Positions 1 through 11,027 of a stretch of DNA of 64,000 nt are shown in pieces (the first letter of the stretch is position 1; each line of letters begins with the position of its first letter). The notes below the pieces were generated by a model. It was not told the origin of the DNA and did no database searches. It saw nothing but the letters and a program-made list of their open reading frames with translations. Source of the stretch: Pedobacter sp. (lineage in GTDB: Bacteria; Desulfobacterota; Desulfuromonadia; Desulfuromonadales; Syntrophotaleaceae). The position numbers and the translations under genes were made by a program. Where the stretch lies: NCBI GenBank assembly GCA_050253415.1, contig JBFWJC010000007.1, positions 32,001 to 96,000 of the forward strand, in the 5' to 3' direction.

Positions 1-954
1 ATTGTCCAGTCCGGATTGATCATAATCCTTTTCGCCCACACCGGCCATCAACCGCCAGCGTGACTTGCGGGTTTGTTCCCACTGCAGGCCCAGATAAACA
101 CGGTTTTCGTCACTATCGGATTGTTCTGCTTTATCGTAATCGATTGTGATGAAATTATATTCGAAAAGCGCAGAGGTTTTAGGCAGGAACCGATAGAACC
201 CTCGCCACATAAAACTGTGATCGTCGCGATCACGAAACTGATTTTTGGTTTGATCATAGCTCAGGCTGTAAAAGCCATACTCGGCTTCCATAGAGGTCTT
301 TGAACTTATTTCATAACCGATTACCGCATTTATAAGATTGGATTTGAACTTATCCAGGGTGTCGCTGGATCCGGTGTTGTAAGCGTCGTGATTCAACTCA
401 TAGATGTCCAACAATTCGATGGATAACCCGCCACGGAAATTGTAGCGGAGGTATCCTTCTGCTCTTTGATTAACGTGATCCTCCGATGTGAATCGGCTGT
501 GTCGCAGAATATCCGCCTGATAACTGCCGTAGCCTTGAAGGCGAGATTTAGCCTTGGAGCGAAAACGACTCAGGGATAGGCCTCCCGGTGCGGTATTGAG
601 GGTGCGAAGTTGACGAATCGGATATTTGCTGGCAGGTAGTGTCATCCAGATTCCCGGTGTGATTCGGGTAAAAAAATCGCTTTTGCGATTGTACTCATCA
701 CTGAAAAGGTTATCTGTAAAATATTCGCCAATCGCCAGATAAGGATGAACATATCCGGTTTTTGATCCGAGGATTTCGCCAATCCTATTGGTCGTAGTGC
801 CTTGTTCAAAAGGACTTTCGCTATAAGCCAGGGCTGGCATTTCAATAGCAGGACTTACCTCCATCTCACCGGTTTCAACAACCCCTTCCTCTGCTAAGGC
901 CGGTTGACAAGTGAGAAACACCAACATAAAAAACCACACCATTCTGCATTTCAT
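1..954 (-). CDS. Outer-membrane beta-barrel protein of polysaccharide export loci (3' end outside window)
   Basis: Hand-translated from ATG at 954: MKCRMVWFFMLVFLTCQPALAEEG... (signal peptide), HPYLAIGEYFTDNLF, alternating aromatic beta-strands; open to position 1, so absent from the ORF track. Confidence 0.7.
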   Translation of the reverse strand, partial: MKCRMVWFFMLVFLTCQPALAEEGVVETGEMEVSPAIEMPALAYSESPFEQGTTTNRIGEILGSKTGYVHPYLAIGEYFTDNLFSDEYNRKSDFFTRITPGIWMTLPASKYPIRQLRTLNTAPGGLSLSRFRSKAKSRLQGYGSYQADILRHSRFTSEDHVNQRAEGYLRYNFRGGLSIELLDIYELNHDAYNTGSSDTLDKFKSNLINAVIGYEISSKTSMEAEYGFYSLSYDQTKNQFRDRDDHSFMWRGFYRFLPKTSALFEYNFITIDYDKAEQSDSDENRVYLGLQWEQTRKSRWRLMAGVGEKDYDQSGLDN

Positions 955-1057
955 AGCACTCTCCCGGTTAAAAATTACTATTTGTTGCTGCAACGGCCAA
1001 CGTCCATGTGAGCAATCATTCCGCCAAATTGATTTTTCGTGATTTATTTGAAAAATA

Positions 1058-3001
1058 TTAACCGGTAAAATTTATACTCTTCCCGACTCCCTCTTCAGGC
1101 TTGGATTCCAAGTGTGTCGCTACCTGACTTGTATGAAATTCCGGCACCATATTTTTAAGAAGGTTGATAATTTCTGTCTGATCACCACGCCGTATCGCCT
1201 TGAACAGCAACTCTGTTTCCTCCTTCACCAATCCGTTGGGAGAACTGGTAGCTTCCACTACGCGAATTTTTTCATGCATCGTAGGTTTGATACCTTCTCC
1301 GTCGATCAGCAATTCCTCAAATAACTTTTCACCGGCTCGCAACCCCGTGAAAGTAATTTCGATATCTTCGTATGGCCGCCTCCCAGAAAGACGAATCATT
1401 TCTTCCGCCAGACGAATGATTTTTACCGGCTCACCCATATCGAGAAGAAAAATTTCCCCCCCGTATCCCATGCACCCAGCCTGAAGTACCAACTGAACTG
1501 CTTCTGGAATGGTCATGAAAAAGCGCGTTATTTCGGGATGGGTTACTGTAACCGGCCCACCTTTTAATATTTGCTCCCTAAAAATAGGAATGACACTACC
1601 ATGACTGCCTAACACATTACCGAACCGAACCGTTGTTGCCTTGGTGGAACCGTTGCGCGGCAGACTCTGAGCGTAGATCTCTGCCACCCGTTTAGTCGTG
1701 CCCATGATATTGGTCGGGTTGACTGCCTTGTCAGTGGAAATCAGTACAAAGTGCTCAGCGCCATTCTCGAAGCTTGCGTCGATGATATTGCGTGTTCCCA
1801 GAACATTATTTTTTACCACCTGAACCGGATTGATTTCCGACATGGGCACATGCTTGTAAGCCGCCGCATGAAAAACCACTTGTGGCTTGTATTTTTCAAA
1901 CACTTGGGAAACGCGCGTCTTGTCCCGTATGTCGCTGAGACTGGGAACGAGAATTATACTTGGAAATTTTTCCCGCAATTCATTTTCTAGGTGAAACAGC
2001 GGTGTTTCGGCATTTTCAAACATCACCAGATTTTCCGGACCAAACTGAGCCACCTGACGACAGATCTCGCTGCCGATACTTCCAGCGGCCCCGGTGACCA
2101 ACACACGTTTACCGTGCAGATACTTTTTGATTTCCTCGACATCTAAACGAATCGGTGATCTCCCCAAGAGATCCTCAAGTCTAACTTCCCGGCAGTGTTG
2201 CAGAGATACCTGGCCCGTGATGATGTCCCCCATTGCCGGTAGTATCTTGGATTCGATCTTGTTTTCCTTGCAAAAAGCTACAATGTTTCGCAATTCTTTT
2301 GGCTGGACTGATGACTCGGCAACAATAATCAGATCGATATCATTTTTACCGCAGATTTTTGACATATCTTCCAAGGTACCAAGCACCGGTATACCGTTGA
2401 AGACTTTCCCCTTGCGTTCCTGGTCTCTATCAATGAACCCCAATACTGCTTTCAGCATCTTGGGATTCTCGCGCATCTCTTTAACAATGCTCTGGGCAAC
2501 AATGCCGGACCCAACAACCAATACGCTTTTTTTCTTCTTTCGATAATTCTTGGAAAGCTGCCTTCTTTGCTCCCGGAGTATGCGAACCGAAACCCGCACG
2601 CCGATCATGGTCATGAAACATATAAGGAAATCGAGAACAATAACCGATCGCGGCAAGTTATCCATTTCTCGAACGAATACGGCATACAGAACGACACCAA
2701 AAGAAGCCACCACATTGGCTTTTAAAATCTGCAACAAATCCGGAATTGAAACGTAGCGCCACCAGCCATCGGCCATCCCCATTGTTCGAAAAACCAAAAG
2801 CTTCAATAGCAATACGACAGGAAGCATTTCCAAAATCGATGGCCATAATTTAGATGGGACCTGCAGATCGTAACGCAGCGAGAAGGCAAAAATCAGTGAA
2901 GAAGTGGTGACTAAAAGATGAAATAATAGGATAAAGGTCCTGCGAACCCTGTTATCTAGAACCAGACTCCAAGGATTTGGGGCTGTTTTTTCCTTTGACA
3001 T
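1058..3001 (-). CDS. Membrane-anchored UDP-sugar 4,6-dehydratase (CapD/PglF/WbpM family)
   Basis: N-terminal TM helices; VTGAAGSIGSE, HAAAYKHVP, STDKAVNP, RFGNVLGS motifs. Confidence 0.93.
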   Translation of the reverse strand: MSKEKTAPNPWSLVLDNRVRRTFILLFHLLVTTSSLIFAFSLRYDLQVPSKLWPSILEMLPVVLLLKLLVFRTMGMADGWWRYVSIPDLLQILKANVVASFGVVLYAVFVREMDNLPRSVIVLDFLICFMTMIGVRVSVRILREQRRQLSKNYRKKKKSVLVVGSGIVAQSIVKEMRENPKMLKAVLGFIDRDQERKGKVFNGIPVLGTLEDMSKICGKNDIDLIIVAESSVQPKELRNIVAFCKENKIESKILPAMGDIITGQVSLQHCREVRLEDLLGRSPIRLDVEEIKKYLHGKRVLVTGAAGSIGSEICRQVAQFGPENLVMFENAETPLFHLENELREKFPSIILVPSLSDIRDKTRVSQVFEKYKPQVVFHAAAYKHVPMSEINPVQVVKNNVLGTRNIIDASFENGAEHFVLISTDKAVNPTNIMGTTKRVAEIYAQSLPRNGSTKATTVRFGNVLGSHGSVIPIFREQILKGGPVTVTHPEITRFFMTIPEAVQLVLQAGCMGYGGEIFLLDMGEPVKIIRLAEEMIRLSGRRPYEDIEITFTGLRAGEKLFEELLIDGEGIKPTMHEKIRVVEATSSPNGLVKEETELLFKAIRRGDQTEIINLLKNMVPEFHTSQVATHLESKPEEGVGKSINFTG

Positions 3002-3534
3002 GTAAAACCTCCCTTTCCATCCGATACTAGAGCTTGGATATCCCCCAAACAGGGCTGCTCCGATGTCACTTAATATGTTTAATTGATAACATGACTGATC
3101 GGGTTGTCAACATAAGCCGCAGAATGCTTTTTACCGTTGTGGTGGCTTGACTCGATGAAACCTATTCCCAAGTTGGCAAATCAAAGAAGGAGTAAAGAGT
3201 AAAAATGCTAGATAAAAGGTTTTCTGCTCGGAGTTTTCATATGATTTAAACGAGTGGATCATGTGGGAAATAATATCGAGTAAGTGCCAAAAAAACATGA
3301 TAAACAAGGCACATAAATTAAAGCCTTTACGGGTATTAAGTTGAATCGAGGCTAACCTTAAGAGAGTCTTATTCAAAATACAGGAGCAGCAGGGATAATA
3401 AAGTGGAGTCAATCAGACATTGCAATCAATCGCCAATCAATGCTTTTATAAAAAGATCTAAAAGGTAAGAACCACTTTCAAAACTTGAAAGAAAACTTTA
3501 GATGCTCAATAAATCTGACACTAGCGCCGATGTT

Positions 3535-4749
3535 TTACCGGCATGCCATAAAAAGAACTTTTCTGATGCGGTCCGCCATAATGTAAATATCATCACTTTT
3601 AAGGGTGGGATGAACGTGAAACATTACACTTGTATCATTTAGATGGCGCGCATTTGGTAATCGTTCAAGCGGTCCCAGCCCTGCATCCTTAAAAGCCTTT
3701 TCAAGATAAATTTCACCACAGATTCCAGTCATCCCGGGCACTCCGAGCTTTTCGAATGATTGCAGGATACGCTGTCTATTCCAAGCAGGCTGCAAATAAT
3801 CAGGGCATAAAAATCCGTAATATTTGTAGTAGGCATGCTCCATATGGGGGGGGGGTTGGGGCAGCCGCAAAACCGGAATACCATGCAATGCTTCCGTCAG
3901 AAGACGAGCATTTCGACGCCTTATACTTAACCATTCATCAAGTTTTATCAGAGCCATACAGCCTAAGGCGGCCTGCATCTCAGTCATGCGCCAATTTGTT
4001 CCGAAAGTATCGTATAACCAATGAAACCCAAGTTTTTTGTTTAGAGTGTGGGCAGCCGCATAATTTCTCCCATGGTCTTTATATGCCCAGGCCCTCTTCC
4101 ACAAAGCCTTATCATTGGTAATCAGCATACCACCTTCGCCGCCAGTGGGCATGATTTTATCCGTGCAGAAAGAAAAAGCTCCAACATCACCAATGCTTCC
4201 CACCGATTTACCACGATAAGTCGCACCATGCGCTTGGGCGCAGTCCTCGATAACCTTCAAGGAATGTTTTCGGGCCAATTCCATGATGGGGTCCATTTCA
4301 CAAGGACAACCGGCAAGATGAACAACTATAATCGCACGGGTACGTGGGGTAAGAACCTTGGCTACTGTGTCTGCGGTAATATTCTGACTATCCGTATCAA
4401 CATCGGCGAAGATGGGTATAGCACCACACATCACCACCGCACTTGCTGAAGCAATAAAGCTTCGGCAGGTAGTTATCACTTCGTCGCCTGGGCCGATACC
4501 AAGGGCATGCAGAGAAAGTTCCAGGGCAACCGTTCCATTCGCCAAGGCAACGGCATAGCGGGCACCAAATCGTTTGGCAAATTCAACCTCGAACCTGTTC
4601 ACATTCTCACCGGTCCAGTAATTAACCTTACCTGACTGCAAAACCCGGGTAACAGCCTTGATGTCATCCTCATCAAAGACTGGCCATGGCGGCATCAACC
4701 AATCATCAGCGTCTATATTTGCCACGTTATTCACATTACACTTCGTCAT
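3535..4749 (-). CDS. DegT/DnrJ/EryC1/StrS PLP-dependent sugar aminotransferase (PglE-like)
   Basis: NGTVAL, IEDCAQAHGA, FSFCTDKIMPTGGEGGM. Confidence 0.92.
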   Translation of the reverse strand: MTKCNVNNVANIDADDWLMPPWPVFDEDDIKAVTRVLQSGKVNYWTGENVNRFEVEFAKRFGARYAVALANGTVALELSLHALGIGPGDEVITTCRSFIASASAVVMCGAIPIFADVDTDSQNITADTVAKVLTPRTRAIIVVHLAGCPCEMDPIMELARKHSLKVIEDCAQAHGATYRGKSVGSIGDVGAFSFCTDKIMPTGGEGGMLITNDKALWKRAWAYKDHGRNYAAAHTLNKKLGFHWLYDTFGTNWRMTEMQAALGCMALIKLDEWLSIRRRNARLLTEALHGIPVLRLPQPPPHMEHAYYKYYGFLCPDYLQPAWNRQRILQSFEKLGVPGMTGICGEIYLEKAFKDAGLGPLERLPNARHLNDTSVMFHVHPTLKSDDIYIMADRIRKVLFMACR

Positions 4750-5425
4750 GATTTCCTCTGGGAATCATATGCTGCCTGGTTCCTCTATGTATTCCACCAG
4801 TTGAAGTCTCGCACCTTTCGATATCCAGGTCAGTTTCCACTAGGTCCGGATCGGCAGATACTCCTTGACGATTCAGGACAAACAAGACAGTCTTCAATAA
4901 AATTCTACCATCCAGAAGCAAGGACCAGTTTTCGACATACCAAACATCCATTGCCAATCGCCTGTCCCACGGCAAACAGTTCCGCCCGTGAATCTGGGCC
5001 CAGCCGGTAATACCTGGACGTACCGTATGTCTTAGCCGTTCACGCTGACTGTACCAAGGCAGATAATGACTATACAAAGGCCGAGGCCCCACTAGGCTCA
5101 TATCACCCTTAAGAACATTGAACAACTCGGGCAATTCATCCAAACTGGTATTGCGCAAAATGCGGCCTAAAGAAGTCAGACGCACCCCATCGGGCAACAG
5201 ATTACCGTCTTTGTCACGATCCATGCTCATGGTGCGAAATTTGTACAAAGTGAAGGGACGTTCATTCAACCCTGGTCGTACCTGTCGGAAAAAAACAGGT
5301 TTGCCTATTTTCCAACGCACCAAAAGCGACACCCCCAACAACAGGGGCAACAACAGCATTAATATGGTCCCCGCAAATAGAAGATCCAGACAACGTTTCA
5401 AAAGCATATTGCACTTAAGCTCCAT
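4736..5425 (-). CDS. Priming phosphoglycosyl (sugar) transferase, PglC-like
   Basis: KRCLDL, YKFRTM, SLDELPELFNVLKGDMSLVGPRP, RPGITGWAQ. Confidence 0.93.
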   Translation of the reverse strand: MELKCNMLLKRCLDLLFAGTILMLLLPLLLGVSLLVRWKIGKPVFFRQVRPGLNERPFTLYKFRTMSMDRDKDGNLLPDGVRLTSLGRILRNTSLDELPELFNVLKGDMSLVGPRPLYSHYLPWYSQRERLRHTVRPGITGWAQIHGRNCLPWDRRLAMDVWYVENWSLLLDGRILLKTVLFVLNRQGVSADPDLVETDLDIERCETSTGGIHRGTRQHMIPRGNHDEV

Positions 5426-5724
5426 CCGTGGCTTTCCTATTCTTGGACGCTGCCCCGGCTAACAAAGCGATGGGACTTAATCACTCTAATTCCGTAAGGA
5501 CATGATCGTCGCCCGGCGCTCCTTCTCTCCGAAATATCCCTTTATTGGGATAAGATCTTACGATGTCTTTTACATTTTACCAGATCAAGATAAACCTTTG
5601 TCTTATGCGCCATACGTGCGATGAATTTTAAGGCTTCAATATGACGACAAAAAGATTCTTACCATCAAAAAATAGTGAAATGATATCAAATCCATATCTC
5701 ATACTTAACCTCCAGAAATGCATC

Positions 5725-6786
5725 TTATTCAATTGTTTTTTCGTACATTCTGTAGAGTGGGAAAAAATTTGGTTTATTCCCATATAGGCCGGTCTGCTTT
5801 TTCCAGGTTGTGCATAATAAGGAATACAGGTTTTGATTCAAAACCAGACGAAAGGTATGGAATGGGGTTAAACGGGAGGAAAAACCTGCCTTAAACGCGA
5901 ATAAAGAATCGTTACGACCACCAACCCCCCCCCCAAGATGAAAATACCGTGCCCCTTGTACCCGCCCCCAAATACGCATAAAATCGAACATCATTTTGGA
6001 AGGAGCAAAGTCAAGGTAGTCGTCCCGACTGCCGCCAAGATGATACTCCAGAATACCGTCTACCACAGTGAACAATCCGGCAGCCGCAAGCTCGCCATTA
6101 GGGGAAAGAACACTGCACAGATGGAGGTCAGATTTGAGAACTTTACGCAAATCCTCAAAATAGCGTCCTTTGAAAAAATAAAACTCGTCGGCATCCACCC
6201 TCGCCATGGTTTGACGGTAGATGCGAACAAAATCGGGATAATACTCCCAGGCATCCAACACAGCATGAAATCCAGCCTTAAACAGTTTACGAATACCCCT
6301 GCGGTGATTATTACTTATCTCTCTGTATAATTCTTCCGGGGACCGTCGCAGATCGATACTCACTGTATTTCCATGTTCGACAAGATTTCCCATACTGGAC
6401 AGTGTCTGGAAAAGACCATCGAGCAGAGGATGCAAACGTAAAAACAAAGTAATAAACCCCTGATCGCGAACAACCTGGATGAATACCTCCATAAGCCTGC
6501 GGCACGCATCCGAACAATCCGGTCGAGAAAACAGTGGTGATGCATAGCCATAAGGACTTACAGCATCCCATAATTCGCCCTCGTGACACAAACCTTGCGG
6601 CACCCTGCGCAACAATAGAGGTACAAGCATGGCGTCTTCACCGTCACACTCATAAAATGCGACGGGCGTCCCTCCTTCGCAACGAGCTGCAAGAGCGACA
6701 TAACCAGGCAAGTGATACACATCATGGCGAACTCCACGAAGAAAATCGGACCATCGATTATCCCCGGGATACAGAAACACCCCCAT
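5725..6786 (-). CDS. GNAT/FemAB-like acyltransferase (start could be as far up as 6855)
   Basis: SPYGYASP, FLRLHPL, FHLGGGVGGRNDSLFAFKAGF motifs typical of polysaccharide-locus GNAT proteins. Confidence 0.8.
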   Translation of the reverse strand: MGVFLYPGDNRWSDFLRGVRHDVYHLPGYVALAARCEGGTPVAFYECDGEDAMLVPLLLRRVPQGLCHEGELWDAVSPYGYASPLFSRPDCSDACRRLMEVFIQVVRDQGFITLFLRLHPLLDGLFQTLSSMGNLVEHGNTVSIDLRRSPEELYREISNNHRRGIRKLFKAGFHAVLDAWEYYPDFVRIYRQTMARVDADEFYFFKGRYFEDLRKVLKSDLHLCSVLSPNGELAAAGLFTVVDGILEYHLGGSRDDYLDFAPSKMMFDFMRIWGRVQGARYFHLGGGVGGRNDSLFAFKAGFSSRLTPFHTFRLVLNQNLYSLLCTTWKKQTGLYGNKPNFFPLYRMYEKTIE

Positions 6787-6902
6787 TATAAAACCTTTCC
6801 CTGGTGCTACGGTTTGATCGTTTTCAGGAACCTGTAAAGCTATGAATACCCGCACAAATAAAGGCAGGACATCGCGACACCGGACAGGTCATTAATGAGT
6901 AA

Positions 6903-8018
6903 TCAAAGTCCCAAGTTTTCGAAAATCATGTTATTAACTTTGCACACATCGTATATTTGAACAGCCCTTTCTCTACCAGCGGCGCCCATTTCCTCCCGTT
7001 CCCGTCTGCTATCGATCAAACGTTTCATCGCAGCCACCAATGACTCCACATTACGCGGTGTCACCAGCAAACCGCTCCTGCCATCGACTACAGCCTCCCT
7101 GCAACCGGCGGTATTCGTGGTAATCACGGCTCGCCCCATAGCCATGGCTTCAAGCACCGTGCGCGGGATACCCTCGCCACCATGAGTGGGTAGCACATAC
7201 ACCGAACAATCAGCTATCGCATGGCGAACATCTTTCAGTTTGCCAAGGTATTCCACGATACCCGCCCTATTGGCTTCGGCAAGATCGTCCTCCGAAATGT
7301 ACGAAGTCCCCTTCCCAGTAAAACCAGCCAGGCGAAAGTGGACCATGGGATAATCAGGCCTCAACAATTTTGCCGCTTCCAAATATTCGAAAACTCCTTT
7401 TTCCCTCACCAGACGTGCAATCATTAAAAAGGCGATCTGACCAGGGTAAGTCGCTGGAGAGAAATGCTTCACATTAACTCCAGAGCCAGGAATCACAACG
7501 GAATGAACATTCGATGGCAAAAGATTAAATTTGGTAAAAACTTTTAGGTCATCGTGATTCTGAAAAAAAACAACGTTGTTATGACGAATGGAGATTTTGT
7601 ACAGATAAACAGCTAGTGTGCCCAAGGCTCTGGCCAAAAGCGTATTGCCGGAAAAGGTGTAACCAAGGCCGGTTATCATGGAAGAAATATAAGGTATTCC
7701 CGCAAGTCTGGCGGCAATAGATACGAAAATAACCGGCTTGATCGTGTAACTCAAAACAAGATCCGGTTGAATAGATAGAAACAAGCGAAAAAGCCGCCAA
7801 AGATAGATTAAATCCCTTAAGGGATTCAAGCCCCTTCGTTGCAGAGGAATATCGAAATAGACAACCCCCATGCCTTTAAGGAGGGCTGCTATATCTTTGG
7901 AGGCAGACGGGGCAACCGCACCGACTTTATGCCCCCTGCGTATCAAACCCTCGATCAAATCTCCTCGAAAGTTGATTAGGGAAAAGGCAGAACTGCCAAT
8001 AAGAACCACATGCGCCAT
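6903..8018 (-). CDS. Glycosyltransferase family 4 (CapM/PglA-like)
   Basis: YTIKP, GSGVN, EGIPRTVLEAMAMGR. Confidence 0.92.
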   Translation of the reverse strand: MAHVVLIGSSAFSLINFRGDLIEGLIRRGHKVGAVAPSASKDIAALLKGMGVVYFDIPLQRRGLNPLRDLIYLWRLFRLFLSIQPDLVLSYTIKPVIFVSIAARLAGIPYISSMITGLGYTFSGNTLLARALGTLAVYLYKISIRHNNVVFFQNHDDLKVFTKFNLLPSNVHSVVIPGSGVNVKHFSPATYPGQIAFLMIARLVREKGVFEYLEAAKLLRPDYPMVHFRLAGFTGKGTSYISEDDLAEANRAGIVEYLGKLKDVRHAIADCSVYVLPTHGGEGIPRTVLEAMAMGRAVITTNTAGCREAVVDGRSGLLVTPRNVESLVAAMKRLIDSRREREEMGAAGRERAVQIYDVCKVNNMIFENLGL

Positions 8019-8105
8019 AAAAGCCCCTCTCCATTATCCTGGATTAAACTTTACAACCAAAAGGTTCCCATTTTGCGTATAATAATCCAAGCTTCCCTCG
8101 GCGAA

Positions 8106-9215
8106 TCACCCTCCCCTTAATAGTTTCAAATAGGACCGGACCGCCTGCTCCTTTTGAAAACGGCCGAGATCAAGATCACTGGGATAACGCGCCTTTCCTT
8201 CAAGTACTCCAAGAATAACTTCGGTCAAGGCAGACAAGTCTCCCACGGGCACCAGTGGGCCGAGTTCCCCACCTTTGAGAACTTCAAAAGGGCCATTCGG
8301 GCAGTCCGTGGAAACCACCGGCATCCCAACAGCCATGGCTTCGATGAGCACCATGGACAACCCCTCCCATCGCGACGACAGGACAAACATGGCTGCATGT
8401 CGCATGTAAGCATAGGGATTAGATACAAAGCCTGGCAGAGCAATGCTGTCCTGAAGATCAAGGTCCACAATAAGCTGCTCCAGAGCTGAACGCTCTTCCC
8501 CTTCCCCAAGGATAATTAAGCGAACAGGCAAGGATTCACGTACCCGTTTTACTGCTCGAATAAGCAAACCATAATCCTTTTGCTCAGTTAAACGCCCAAC
8601 CGACAGAAGGACTGGTGGCTCTCCACTTTTAAACCATGGGTGTTCCAGGGGCTCCGAAGCCCTGGTAAGCAATTCAGGAGTAATAGCCGGGTTATAAATT
8701 ACCTCTATACGCTCGCGTGGAAACCCTGTAACTTTTGCAGCATCATCTGCCACTCCTTGAGATACGGCAACCACGGCTGAAGCTCTTCGGTAGGCCCCTT
8801 TCAGAATACGTGGAACCAACATGCGACGCCAAACAGGCAAGTCTTTCATTTTAATGGACATGGTATTATGCAAAGTTGCCACTATACGGGTCGGTACTCG
8901 AGCCATCCTGCGAGCAACCAGGGCGGCCACATTGGTATGATCCATAGACGAGATCAACCCCATGGGACTCTTGTGGCCCAGGTAAGATTTGAGCCCCCCA
9001 ATGGCGTATCGTATCCGCGAGGCCTGAAGGTCAATCACCGATACGCCTGGAGGAACGTGCTGGAGATAAGGACCTTCCTTTTGCGCCAACACCAAATCAA
9101 CCTTTAACCCCTCTTCAAGAAAACCCTCGGCGAGATTGAGCATGGCACGTTCTGCGCCACCACCACGCAAAGAAGGCAGGAACACCGCGACGAGTTCGGC
9201 TTTGGCATTCATCAT
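8106..9215 (-). CDS. Glycosyltransferase family 4
   Basis: GGGAER, VGRLTEQK, SSRWEGLSMVLIEAMA. Confidence 0.92.
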   Translation of the reverse strand: MMNAKAELVAVFLPSLRGGGAERAMLNLAEGFLEEGLKVDLVLAQKEGPYLQHVPPGVSVIDLQASRIRYAIGGLKSYLGHKSPMGLISSMDHTNVAALVARRMARVPTRIVATLHNTMSIKMKDLPVWRRMLVPRILKGAYRRASAVVAVSQGVADDAAKVTGFPRERIEVIYNPAITPELLTRASEPLEHPWFKSGEPPVLLSVGRLTEQKDYGLLIRAVKRVRESLPVRLIILGEGEERSALEQLIVDLDLQDSIALPGFVSNPYAYMRHAAMFVLSSRWEGLSMVLIEAMAVGMPVVSTDCPNGPFEVLKGGELGPLVPVGDLSALTEVILGVLEGKARYPSDLDLGRFQKEQAVRSYLKLLRGG

Positions 9216-9467
9216 ATGGCTTCCTTTCTATCTATGAATGGGGCTGAAGAGATCCCATCTCATGAGAAAATTGCTGCAACTTAATTACTTAAGTAATTAA
9301 CGGAAAACAAACAGCCCCTTTAGTATATGCCACCATAAATAAGGAGATATCTAAGAACAGAACATATCAACCCCAACTTCACGAGCCTCACATCCATTGT
9401 ATCATCGTACTATTCTTCTACAGATATTTGTCGGTTACCATTTGAACGTGGAATTTTTTTGACACCA

Positions 9468-10895
9468 TCAAAGATTCTCCCTTCCCTTACAGAGGAGCAT
9501 TAATTTTCCGCGGGTATTCGCTACATTTAAAACAACCACCATGATGGCATATACAACAGCGCTCATTATGATCTGCGCGGAAAACCCTAATAGCCCGGTG
9601 ACACCACGCAAAGGCCATAAAAAAAGGGCCATACAAAAAGAGGCAATCAATATTTTGAGCATTTCTAAAAGAGGCAACGGCAGGGGGAAATATTTCCTAC
9701 CTGCGATGGCACTAAGAATCATAGAGGAGACATATGCCAAAACCGTGGCATATGCGGCACCGACAATTCCAAAAACAGGAATAAACAGAATGTTCAAGAT
9801 GACGTTTAATAGTGCAGCAAACCCAATGACAAACACCTGTACAAGAGTATGTCGCCCCAGTTGAAAAGCGAGATCGAAATAATATGCTCTAATCCCTGAA
9901 ATCAAGGAAGCCACTGCAACCCATGGAATAAGAGGGATGGCCTGACTGCGAAAAGCCTCCCCTAAAAAAAGGCCTCCTATGTTAGGCGCAAGAATCACCG
10001 CACCTACAGAAGCTGGCAAAGCTACCGAGAACAGCAAAACAGCATTTTGTCTTAACTGCCCACGAGCGGCCTCGACACCATTCTGCTCAAATGCGCGCAC
10101 CGCTAATGGATAAGCAGCCAGATTCACGAACATCATTAAGGTAATAAGTGGATGACGAGTAATATCGTATCCTGCGGCATAAACACCCGTGGCCTTATCA
10201 TCAATGAGCCAGGCAATAAGAAAACGATCCGAACTGCCGACCACAAAGCTTAATGCGAAAGCGGCGGTAAGCGGTAGCCCATAACGTAGCAATTCTTTCA
10301 TCAGGAAATCGGTATTGCTTGGGAAAACCCCTCGCCACTCTTTCCTTGGAACCCACACGCCGGCTACAAGCAAACCAATCAGGATACCCAACAAGGGTCC
10401 GTAAACACCAAATCCCAAAAACAGGAAAAGAACACCGAAACAAAGCGCCAGAGAAGCCCTGGTACCTGATAGCAAGCCGTACCGAGCGGGATTGAGCTTG
10501 CTACGCACAAGCTCCAGATTTAATTCGAACCACGCCTGGGCCCAAAGCAAAGGTACCGCAACTCCTATCAAACCACGCCACGTGGGATCAGGCCACAGTA
10601 ATGCCAGTAAAAGCCCGATGCTTCCGGTTGTGATTACCAACAAACTGAATCCTGCGAGGATTGAAGACAGAAAACCTTTAGGGTTGCCTTGATGGGAGGG
10701 TAAAAAACGTAATAGAGAGAGGCGAAGCCATTGGAAAAAAATAACATTAAATAAACCGACACCGGCAATGACTAAAGCATACCTTCCATAGCTATCCGGC
10801 GACAATAAGCGCGTATAAACGGCAATGGCCACAAAATTCAAGGCCCCTGGGAGTCCCCTGCAAACGGCATAAGCCGCGGTATGACGAAGAAGCAT
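9468..10895 (-). CDS. wzx: Polysaccharide repeat-unit flippase (Wzx/MOP family)
   Basis: About 12-14 hydrophobic segments; YTRLLSPDSYG, LRYGLP, SDRFLI. Confidence 0.85.
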   Translation of the reverse strand: MLLRHTAAYAVCRGLPGALNFVAIAVYTRLLSPDSYGRYALVIAGVGLFNVIFFQWLRLSLLRFLPSHQGNPKGFLSSILAGFSLLVITTGSIGLLLALLWPDPTWRGLIGVAVPLLWAQAWFELNLELVRSKLNPARYGLLSGTRASLALCFGVLFLFLGFGVYGPLLGILIGLLVAGVWVPRKEWRGVFPSNTDFLMKELLRYGLPLTAAFALSFVVGSSDRFLIAWLIDDKATGVYAAGYDITRHPLITLMMFVNLAAYPLAVRAFEQNGVEAARGQLRQNAVLLFSVALPASVGAVILAPNIGGLFLGEAFRSQAIPLIPWVAVASLISGIRAYYFDLAFQLGRHTLVQVFVIGFAALLNVILNILFIPVFGIVGAAYATVLAYVSSMILSAIAGRKYFPLPLPLLEMLKILIASFCMALFLWPLRGVTGLLGFSAQIIMSAVVYAIMVVVLNVANTRGKLMLLCKGRENL

Positions 10896-11027
10896 AAAGC
10901 CCCCGGCAAGGCAAGAGGATATCCCCCCGCATCATCAGACGAATAATAGAACCACCAGTGCGACTGCTTCGCTAAAGTTTTCAACATTCGGAGGCGGCCA
11001 TTTTAGCCTCTCGAAATAATCTGCATA

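Noticed and set aside
3515..3530. GGCGCTAG on the minus strand as an ops/JUMPstart antitermination element
   Set aside because: Mismatch to GGCGGTAG, located far downstream in the cluster, and no NusG paralogue in the window
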